From Bacteriovoracaceae bacterium (GTDB lineage: Bacteria > Bdellovibrionota > Bacteriovoracia > Bacteriovoracales > Bacteriovoracaceae), in contig CBDCYX010000012.1 of the NCBI GenBank assembly GCA_965224385.1, positions 246,426-310,425 of the forward strand: DNA of 64,000 nucleotides, written 5' to 3'. The notes beneath the pieces are model-generated. The model made no database searches, was not told the DNA's origin, and saw nothing but the letters and a program-made list of their open reading frames with translations. The first letter of the stretch is position 1; every line of letters begins with the position of its first letter. Positions 38,296 to 49,200 of this stretch are shown here, piece by piece. A program made the translations under genes and the position numbers.

Positions 38296-38408
38296 AAAGC
38301 TCTCCTTGCTTTTAAATGTGGTTAAAAAATAATAGTCCTCCTTTATAATAAATTTTGAACACCGAAAACGCAAAAGATTTTTATATTACCGATTAAAATG
38401 GTTCATTA

Positions 38409-38938
38409 ATGGTACCGGAGAGTTCCGGACTCTCCGGTATGAACAGAAAAAATCTTCATCCGGATTATCTTTATTCGCTTGTACGAGACTGTTTTTGTCA
38501 GATAAGAGGCCATAGAAAATCTCTTGGAGATGCCTTGATGTCGGGTCTGGCGGTGTTTTCATTGGAGAGAGTTTACGAAATCTTTTTTCGATAAAACTTC
38601 CCCATTTCTTTGAAGAGTATAAGGAGTCCTTTTAGAAAATTTTTTTCTGAACTGCAACGTAGCAATGCTCTCAAAGAGTTTTCTACCGAACGAGTGATCG
38701 GGCAAAGAATTAAAACGGTAAAAAAAATTTATGTACGATATTTGGAATGTTGGCAATGCCGGCATTTTTAATAGACCAAGCACAGGAGATTGCATGTCCA
38801 TTGTTTAGAAAGGCCTTAGTGGGTAGGGCGAAGGGAAGCAACAGAACGCTGTGGGAGTTGTTCAAAAGTGCAGTGGAATGGTTTGTTTTGGATTCGCGGG
38901 AAATGCTTTTAAAAGGGAGGATTTACGAAGCTAATTAG
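38409..38938 (+). pseudogene. Internally deleted IS4-superfamily-like transposase remnant
   Basis: N-terminal-type MNRKNLHPDYLYSLVRDCFCQIRGHRKSLGDALMSGLAVFSL and C-terminal-type ..AFLIDQAQEIACPLFRKAL.. pieces with nothing between them. It is preceded by the palindromic IS-end-like CCGGAGAGTTCCGGACTCTCCGG. Confidence 0.55.
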
Positions 38939-39000
38939 TACAGATTAAGTGCGTTGAACCAAAAACGGCCGGAAAAACGCCGGGAACTTTTGAAATTTTA

Positions 39001-39029
39001 TTGACACTTTGTGGACAATAGTATTAAAT
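39001..39029 (+). promoter_or_regulatory. Putative sigma70 promoter upstream of the 4082-aa gene
   Basis: TTGACA (39001-39006), 17 nt, TTAAAT (39024-39029), with an A/T-rich upstream flank. No other obvious promoter lies between it and the ATG at 39216. Confidence 0.4.
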
Positions 39030-39178
39030 CTACTTGTAGGTGTGAGAATTAAGCACCAACCTCCCGTAAGAGACTATGGGATGTGAAGTTCGTGGAAACG
39101 ATGTAAGACCAAAAACACTTGTTTTAGGCGATTGTCGGTGAAGTAAGAATCTCCTCCCTTTAGGGAGGGGTAGTTCAA
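39001..39178 (+). mobile_element. Diverged partial IS200/IS605 mini-element (linker promoter + omega-RNA-like scaffold + RE), copy D; no recognisable LE
   Basis: 39053-39178 aligns with the RE half of copies A-C and ends ..GGGGTAGTTCAA. 39001-39052 aligns positionally with the linker (-35/-10 boxes). Confidence 0.7.
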
Positions 39179-39215
39179 TATTGGAAAGTAAATTTAGTAT
39201 AGGGAGGTATCTATC

Positions 39216-42200
39216 ATGAACGGACGTTTTGGCATCTCTGTTGTTTATATTTGTCTTATTTTACTGGTATCTTGTGGAGATAATAGTAGCGGAGGAAAGA
39301 AAAGCACCACATCTAAAGACATACAAACCCTCGATTGTTCAAATGAAATTATTAACGGAACCGGACATAAAAAATGGAATACAAAAACGAAGTCTTATAG
39401 GAATGTATGTGAAATCTCCGGTTGCTACGGAGGGTTTGATACTTTAGAAGACTCGGCCATCTGCTTAGAGACACTAATAGGATACTATTCCCCTCCTGAA
39501 AGTAAACTTCGAGAGGAATGCCCCGGGACTCCCCCTCAAAATGCATCTCTTGTAACGGACACGTCGGGAATTTCCACCCGTCATGAGTGTTGGATCTGCA
39601 ATGACGGTTTTATTAAGGATGAACAAGGCAATTGTGTTCCTCCTGCTAAAGGAAAATATGTCGATGCGGAAGGAAGGGAGAGTGCTTGTTCTCCTATTAT
39701 GGGAAACGGTTTTAAGGAATTTAGAGGCCATGGAGGAACATCTCCCGAGGGTTGCAACTTTTCCTGTAAAAGCTCCCATACAAAAAATACGCAAACAAAA
39801 ACTTGTGACGAAAGAAACAAAGCATCTCAATATTGCCAGGTTGGTAACGGAGAAGGAATACGCATAGGGGGAGGATCGACCTGCTACATTACTTCCTGTG
39901 ATGACGGGTACGACAATATTAAGGATAGAACAAAGTGTGAAGAAACTCCATCGGGGTTTTACTCTTTTTTAGGACGAAAAATAACGTGTCCGAATCCTTT
40001 CAATTCTATTCCCACTGACAGAACCGGTCTTTCGTCTCCTTACAACTGTTATAGCTGTGAACCGGGTTATAAAAAGAGGGAAAGAGGAAGCGGATTGTGC
40101 ATCCTTCCCTTTCGGGGGAAGTACGTCGATACTACCGGCATCGAACAAAGTTGTACCGAGATACAAGGAGAGGGATTTAAGTCCTTTATAAAAAATACGG
40201 AAGGAGTCATGTCCGCCGATGAATGTGATTTTGTCTGTAGAAAGGGTTTTAAGAAAAATATCGTCGGACGAACGTGTGATAATATAGCTCTCGCAAACAT
40301 CCCCGGCGCAACTCCGGACGCAACGCCTGGAGAAACTCCCAATGTCGTACCCGAAGTAACTTCAGAATATTGTTCGATTGAAAACGGCATGGGCCAAAAA
40401 TTTTGTCAAGGCGGCCAATGTGGATCGTGCGAGGTTCAACGCTGTAATAAAAGTTATAAACCCAACACGAAAAACTCGACGAATCATCTTTGTACTGCCG
40501 CCGTCAAAAATTGTTCCCAGGAAATTGCAAACGGAAAGGGAAGGCGGCGTTGGCATGCGTCGACAAATGCTTATGGTGCCTGCAAAGTTGTTCAATGTTC
40601 TATCGGTTATGTGGACAAGAAAACTTCTTGTGCGATTCCTGATTCCGGCAAGTATGCTGATAAAAACGGTAAAGAAAAATCTTGTGAAAGTCTAGGGGGT
40701 ACGGGAAGTGGGCGTTTCCCAGACAACACAAAGGGAGTGAGAAGACCGGAAGATTGCAACTTTGAATGTGATGCCGGTTTTGTTAAAGACGTACCCGGTT
40801 ATGCCTGTAATATTCCGCCCACAGGATGGTATGCGAATAATAGAGGTGAAAAAAACCGTTGTGATAATATGGCCGGGTCCGGAATGGGTCGACATTTGCG
40901 CAATACAGAAGGTGTCACAACAGCGCAAGGCTGTGCCTTTACTTGTGATTTAGGTTATGTCAAAGACATGTCAAGTTATTCCTGTAATATTCCGAACCTT
41001 GGGAAATATGTCGGGGGGGGGGTCGTGAAAAACTGTGGCATTGTGGTGCACGGTCAACGTACGCTCAATACAGGGGCCGTCACAACGGCGACGGGCTGTA
41101 ACTTTGCCTGTGATGCCGGTTATATCAAAGATATGCGGAATTATTCTTGTAATATTCCTACTCTCGGACAATATTCAGGACCTTTGAGAACAGAGAGACC
41201 TTGTCAAGTGATAATCAACGGTCGGCATACGGCCAATGCCGGGGCGGTGGCAAACCCAACGAGTTGTAACTTTGCCTGTGATGCCGGTTACGTCAAAGAT
41301 CAGGACAACTATACCTGTAATGTTCCGAACCTCGGAAAGTATGTCGATAATGCCAATAACGAACTTCCTTGTACCAACATTACAAATATTCCCGATTTTA
41401 ACTCTTGGGAATCCGGCCCGGCCACCGATGACGATAGTTGCCCCTTTTCCTGTCAACCAAATTTTGTTGTAAACGGGAGAACTTGCAAGAAGGAGGTACC
41501 CAAAGTCACGGCCTTGGCCTTAGAGCAACATAAAAGTTATGCTCTCTTTAACAATGGTAAAGTCGAGAGATGGGGGGGGAGTTTGGGTGTTCCCCGTAAA
41601 GTCAATTTAGGCAGCGATAAGGCCCAAGCCGTTTTTTCAGGCCAAAACCACACCTGTGTTATTTTAAAAAACGCTAGTCTTGACCACGGACGGGTTCTGT
41701 GTTGGGGAGAAAACAATTACGGGCAACTGGGTGTGGGCGATATGATCGACAAGAGTGTGCCGACGGCCGTGACGTTTTTAGGTTCAAAAACGGCCAAGGC
41801 CTTAGGACTAGGATATGAGCACACTTGCGCCCTTTTAAACGACGATACCGTGAGCTGTTGGGGGAGAGGAGTCGAAGGCCAAATCGGAGGAAGGGGTAGC
41901 TTGCCGGGTATAAAAATCGAAAGCGGTTCCACAAACAATCCTCTAAGCGGAGGGACGGCCGTTCAGATAGCGGCAGGGTATTACCACACCTGTGCCATCT
42001 TAAACAATGGTTCAATCAAATGCTGGGGATTGGCAACGTCGGCCCAAACAGGTGGCGGGACTCCGAGTTTGGGAAATAATAAGACGGCCAAGCATCTTGC
42101 CTTGGCAGACCTGCACTCCTGTGCCGTTTTAAACGATGATTCTGTCTACTGTTGGGGGGCAGGAGTCAGCGGTAACCCCATCTACATCGGACAGGGAGGA

Positions 42201-43298
42201 GTTCCGGATTTAGGACACAATAAAACGGCCGCTTTCATTTCGGCAGGACATGACAACACCTGTGTTATCTTAAACGATAAAACTGTCAAGTGTTGGGGTA
42301 ACAATGATAATAATGAACTGGGCGGCGGTGTGCCCGATTATACCAAAAACAATAACATCTACACTTATCGGTCTTCCAAGGTTCTAAGGGGGATCAAGTA
42401 CAATCCTTTGGGGGGAGAAAAGGCCCTTTTTATTGCCGTGGGCAGAAACCACGCCTGTGCCGTCGTAGAGACGGGAAATACCGTTAAGTGCTGGGGGGAT
42501 AATGCTTACGGGCAGGCCGTAGGTGCTGTGAAAATGGAAGGGGGAAGCGACGGGACGGGTACGAGTTCCGGAGAGACGGCCGTGCTTACGGTCTCTTCGA
42601 CCCCCACACCGACGGCCTTGGAAGCGGACGCCGGCGGAAAAATCTGCAGGATTTCTCTTTCAGGCGGAGGACTCGGTAGAACTTGGGATATCGTGAACAA
42701 TGTCAATCTTGCCAATCTCCCAACTTATAATAGTTCAAACAATACATCTATTTCAAATGCTATCGACAATCTCGTTAATACCATCGGTACACTTCACTTC
42801 GTTGGGGCCGAGATAACCCTATCCCGAAGCAATAACGACAAAATCGAAGCATCCGTTAATAATGCCGTTTTTGACGGTATGACTCTTAATATCGCCCACG
42901 ACGATAACAGTGGTAATTGTAGTGGCCTGGTGACGACATCTTTTATGTTAAACGGTGGAAGCGGGGCCAATCAGGCCGAAGGAGTTTTGATCGTCAAAGA
43001 CGACTTTAAAGGGTTCGGCGACGGTATGGTCAATATCGACGGTACGGATATTTATTTGAAGGATGTTTTTCCCGCCCATGCAATACAGGAGATCGTAGAT
43101 AAAATCATTGGCGGACTTTCTTCTTTTAACTGGCCGGGAAAACAGTTCGCATCTCTACCCTATAGTGCGGCCAAACTCAATGGCGATACCGATAATAACG
43201 ACGATTGCCCGAGTGGCAATTTTTGTGTCGTCTTCACCCGGATGTTTGCCGGTACGGCCGGGAATGAGGTTATTCCCAAGGCCGATTTCGACTACGAC
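39216..43298 (+). repeat. Unit 1 of the giant ORF (1361 aa, includes the signal peptide and the longest Cys-repeat region)
   Basis: Ends ..NFCVVFTRMFAGTAGNEVIPKADFDYD. Confidence 0.75.
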
Positions 43299-46200
43299 GT
43301 TCCCTCTACCTCCGTTCTTGCAACAACGGCAAACTGCGGGGGCGGCCTTGTGAAAAATTTTCAAGGAAGCGGGAGTTGCGACACTCCCACTTCGGGAAAA
43401 TATGCAAATACTTTCGGAACGCCGATTGATTGTGACCCCGTCGGTGGGGTCGGTTTTAACACTTTTACCGCAAATACGGGAGCGGTCACAACCTCAAAAG
43501 GTTGTGCCTTTTCCTGTCGGGCCGGTTATAAAAAGAACGGTTATACCTGTGCCGTTCCCACGGGGGGGATGTGGGTAGATAACAACGGAGTCGAACAGAC
43601 CTGTACTGCTATTACCCTCGCTCGGGGAGCGAGTCGCATTTGGAAAAGCGGTCCGACAAGCGATGCCGATTCTTGCCTCTTTTCTTGTAGTGCCGGCCAT
43701 GTCCTCAATACTGCCGATAGGAGTTGTGATTTTCCTCCTCAAGGGTCTTTTGTAGACGCAAACGGCCTCCTTAAAGGCATTTGCGACCCCATTGCGCTCG
43801 CTATCGGAGCAACGTCTTCGTGGGTGTCGGGAGCGGCCGACTCAAAGACAGCTTGTTCTTTTTCCTGTAGAAGCGGTTATCTAAAAGATGAAACATTAAG
43901 GGCGTGTAACCATCCGCCTCAAGGACAATATGTCGATAATAACGGAGAAAATCCGATGGTCTGTAGGGTTCCTAGAGATGCCAACTATAAACAATTTGAA
44001 AATGGGCCGGCCGACTCTGCCAACTCCTGCCCTTTTTCATGTAATCAGGGTTATATAGTCAATCTGGGCGATAGGAGTTGTGATATTCCCTCTCCCGGAA
44101 GGTATGCAGACAATAGTGGAAACGAGGCCGATTGTACCGATAATATAGGAGGCATAAACGGAGCTTCCCGTTGGATCCAAAGTCAGGCCCCCGTCTCTTT
44201 CCAGGCGGCCTGCCCATTTACCTGTCTTTCCGGATTTTTAAAGAATTCCCTTTCTAGGAAGTGTAATTATCCTTCGTTGGGAGAATATACTGCCGATGGG
44301 ACAAACACCCTCTCTTGCGGTCCTATTTCCCTTGCCCGGGGGGCCGTTGCCTCTTGGGAGGGGGGCCCAGCGGATGCTGCCGATGCTTGTCCATTTACCT
44401 GTAATGCGGGGTATTTTCCCGACAAGAGAACCTGTCGAAAAATCAACATCAAACCCGTGGCCTTGGCCCTTGGGGCGGAAAGCAGTTACGTTCTTTTAGA
44501 CAACGGTACGATAGAAGGCCAAGGCAACACTTCCGATCCTTCAAAAATTCCTCTCAAAATAGACTTGGGGACTGATACGGCCCAAGCAATTTCGGCCGGA
44601 GACGGACACCGGTGTGCAATTTTGAAAAACGGCAATTTAAAATACGGCCGGCTTATGTGCTGGGGGCGCAACGGAAGCTACCAGCTTGGCCTGAGTGATA
44701 GCAACGACAAAACTACCCCGACGGCCGTTACCCATCTGGGAAGTACCTCTGTGGGTTCTTTGATGGTAAAGAGTGTGGCCGCAGGAGGAGAGCATACCTG
44801 TGCCCTCTTGCAAAACGATACCGTGCGGTGCTGGGGGTCCAACGATTACACTCAGATTGGCGGAAGAAGCGGTTATTATGTAAATAATAGAAAGATAAGA
44901 GGCAGTTACACCGATCCCTTACTCGGAGGAAAGGCCCTCAAAATTGCCGCAGGAGGAAAGCATTCCTGTGCTATTTTAAACAACGGCAGCTTGGTGTGTT
45001 GGGGATCCGACCGTTACAACCAGTCTAGTAATTTGAATTTAGGTGCCGGACGAACGGCCGTCGAGGTTTCGACGGGACTCATTCACACCTGCGCTATTTT
45101 AAATAACGGAGACCTCAAATGTTGGGGAGGGTACGGCCCCGTGAACAACACGTCGTCGGCCGTTCGTATCGCTATGAGTGTCCCGGATTTCGGAGGCAAG
45201 GCCGTCACGCAGGTGGCGGGGTACGATCACACCTGTGCCCTCTTGAACGACAAAACCGTCAAGTGCTGGGGGGGTAACGGCGAGGGGCAGATAGGCGGCG
45301 GCATTGCCGGGGTCAACCGCCTTCTCAGCGGTACTGTAGGCAACCCCTTGAGCGACAGGAAGGCCTTCTTAATTGCGGCCGGTGCGGGCCGTAGTTGTAC
45401 GATCTTGGAGTCTTCAGATTCCGTGAAGTGCTGGGGTAAAGACGACGAAAAACAACTTATTGGTAGTTTGGGCCTTGTAGGGGGTGTCAACGGAATGGGG
45501 ACGAGTGCGGGAGTAAGTGCGCAGTTGACCGCCGCTTCCTCACCGTCAACCACGGCCTTGGGTTCCGATATGAGTGCCATGTTTTGCAAGATAACCCTTT
45601 CCGGCGGAACCCTCACTTCTACCCAAGTCGTCAAGGAAGACCTCAATCTCACTTATAACAGTTCAAACGGAACGAGCATTTCAGATGCCATAACTAATTT
45701 GGTTGCGGCCGTAGGGCCTACCGTCACTTTTGCGGGAGCAATCATTACCCTGTCTAAAAACGGTAGCGACAAAATAGAAGCGACCGTTGACTATCCTTTC
45801 TTTGACGGTATGGATCTTAAAATTCATCACGGCCAGACAAGTTGCAATTCACCCGTCAACACGACGATTTCCCTGAGCGGAGGGGGAGGGGCCGCCCCTG
45901 CAAAAGCTTTGTGGGCCGTCAAAGACGACTTTAACGGACTCGACGACCACACTATCCTCCTAGATACTGTGGAGATCGACCTTGGCAGTAGCGTCCTCAC
46001 GAAAGAACAGATCGTCAATAAAGTTGTACAAGAAATCGGTGGGGGCAGTTGGACGGGCGAGCAATACATAACCCTTCCTTACACAGCGGTCAAACTCGAC
46101 GGGACGACTTCCACCTCCGACGATTGCCCCAGCGGCGATTTTTGTGTGGAGTTTACTCGGGTGTTTGCAGGTAAGGCCGGCAATAACGGCATCCGTTTTC

Positions 46201-49200
46201 CGGATTCCGACTATGAAGTCCTTTCGTTATCTGCGGCCCAATTGGCCTGTGTAAGCGGTGAAGTGAAAAATCTTAAAGGGGCCGGGAGTTGCGATATTCC
46301 CGCTTCCGGAAAATATGTAAATAACGGACAAGAGGTCGATTGCGACCCTGTCGGAGGAGTGTCTAATGCTAGCTCCTTTGAGGTCAACACCGGAGCGGTG
46401 TCTTCAAAGACGGGCTGTGCCTTTTCCTGTCAGGCCGGTTATAAAAAAGATGCCTATGCCTGTAATATTCCCGACGATGGAAGTTATGCCGATGCAAACG
46501 GAAACGAAGTTTCCTGTACGGATATTTCAAACACGCCCCATTTCAGCGCTTGGAAAAGCGGGACGGCCGCCGATGCCAATAGCTGTCCCTTTTCCTGTCA
46601 GACCGGGTATCTGGCCAATCGGCCCCAAGGTACCTGTGATATTCCCGACCCGGGAACCTTTGTGGACGCTTCGGGAGTAGAGCAGAATTGTAACCCCGTC
46701 GGAGGCGTGGCCGGGGTCTCTAAGTGGCCTAGCAATACGGGGCCTGTCAACTTGGTAAATTGTCCTTTCGATTGTGTTAGCGGTTTTCTCAAAGATAGCG
46801 TAACTAGAGAGTGTAACTATCCTCTCTTGGGAGAATACACCGCCGACGGAATAAGCTCGTTGTCCTGTGGTCCAATTATCAAAGATGACGGTGGATTCAA
46901 CGATTGGAAACAGGGGGCCGCCTTCGATGCCGACGGTTGCCCCTTTACCTGTAACCCAACCTATAGTGCCGAAGGCCGTGCCTGTCGAAAAATACAGCGT
47001 AGGCCAGTGGCCCTCTCTTTGGGGTACAAAACAAGCTATGCTCTCTTAGACACAGGTAAAGTTGAGGGTTGGGGTGAGACTATCGATCCCTTGAGTGTCC
47101 CCCACAAGATAAATGTTGGGGCGGATACGCCCCAACAACTTTCCGTCGGCGGCAAACACCGATGTATTATTTTAAAAAATGGAGGTCTTGATCACGGGCC
47201 TGTTAAATGTTGGGGAGAAAACGGCAAGCAACAGCTAGGAATCTCTAATGATAATTACCAAACTCAGCCGACGCTTGTGGCCACAAGTACTCTTTCGACC
47301 ACGGCAAAGTCCGTTTCGGTCGGTGGTAGGCACACCTGTGTCCTCACAAAGAACGATAAGGTCAGATGCTGGGGGGACGTCGGCCAACTCCAAACGGGCG
47401 GAGACCCCTTTAATATCACTCATCAGGGAAATTTCGTAGAAAAAGGTAACTGGTCTTTCCCTTTATGGAAAGGAAGTCAGAACCAAAATGCAAACGCTGT
47501 TTCAGCCGGTTACGAACATACTTGCGCCATCTTGAGAGGGGTTAAAACCGTTACATGTTGGGGGCAAGATGCCCACGGCCAGTCGGCCGGAGGTTCGCCG
47601 AATTTAGGTGTCAACCGAATGGCCAACGGGATTGAGGCGGGAACGAGACACACCTGTGCCCTCTTGGATAACGATAGCGTTAAGTGTTGGGGGAGTTACG
47701 GTAATCAAACGATTTCTTCATCGACAACCTTGGCCTTAAACGGCGGCATCACCAATATTACAAACGGTATTGTCGATTTAGGTAGCAAAACGGCCGTTAA
47801 ACTTACAGGGGCCGGACACACCTGCGCCCTTTTAAACGATGAGACCGTGAAGTGTTGGGGCATTAATGACGAAGGACAGATAGGCGGCGGTGTAGCGAGT
47901 ACCGGCCGTGTCCTCCGCAGTAGCGTAGGAGACCCGGTAAGCGGCCTGGCCGTCCTTGATATAGCAGCAGGATGGGATCATACCTGTGCCATCTTGAAGA
48001 CGACAAACGAAGTAAAATGTTGGGGGAACAATTCCGAAGGACAACTCATCGGTAGCGTTACCATGAAGAACGGCCAAGACGGGGTCGGAACAAGCACGGG
48101 GAAAACCGTCGCACTTTCCGTGAGTACTACTCCAAGTTCAAGTACCCTGGGAAAAAAGTTGAGTGCGAGGCTGTGCGGGATAACCCTTTCCGGCAGGGAC
48201 TTGCAGTCTCCTTGGACTCTTCAAGAATACGATTTTACCTATAACAATAGAAACAACGTCAATCTTAGAGATGCCATTGATAATGTGTTGAAGAAGATTG
48301 GAAGTGCCGACAACGCAGAATACTCTTTTTTGACTCGTGAAACAGTCCTTGAATTTAGAGGGGCGGCAGATGTCTCCGATCCTCTCAATAAAATCACATT
48401 TTCCGTGAAGGGAGGGGGGAGTAAACTGGCAGCGTCCGTAGATACTCCCATCTTTTCCGGTATGAGCTTGAATATTCTGCTCGCTAACGGGGACTGTCAT
48501 TCTTCCTCGGCCCTATCTATTCCCTTAAGCGGAGGAAGTGATACGGCCCAAGCATCGGGACTTTGGGTTGTGGGTCATGACTTTATCGGTTCGGGTGATA
48601 CAAGCGTGCAATTTGATGGGGTGGATATTGATCTTGGAAGTTCGGCCCTGACAAAAAAGGAAATTGCGGATAATCTCGTTGTTAAAATAGGGAGCGCTTC
48701 TTGGGGCGGTAAACAGTATGAAAAATGGCTTTATACGGCAAAAACGGTAGACAGTGCCTTAAACAGCGATTGCCCATCGGGAGACTTCTGTGTACAGTTC
48801 ACCCGTATTTTTCCCGGGATGTTGGGAAACAGCGGTATTCCCTTTGCCGACTCCGATTATGAGATACCCTCCGCTAATGCCCTTGCTTTAGTCTGCAATA
48901 CCGGTCTTGTAAAAAACCTTTTGGATGTAACTTGTGATAATCCTCCTGCGGGAAAATATGCAAATAGCGGACAAGAGATGGATTGCGACCCCGTGGGGGG
49001 AGATGGTTTTAACGTTTTTGAGACCAACACGGGAGCGGTAACGTCTGCTCAAGGTTGTGCTTTTTCCTGCAATGCCGGTTATAAAAAAGCTACCTACTCC
49101 TGTAACGTGCCTGTCGACGGAACGTATGTGGACGGTACAAATACGCCGAAAAATTGCGACCCCGTTACGCTTGCCTTGGGAGCGACGTCTTCTTGGATAT

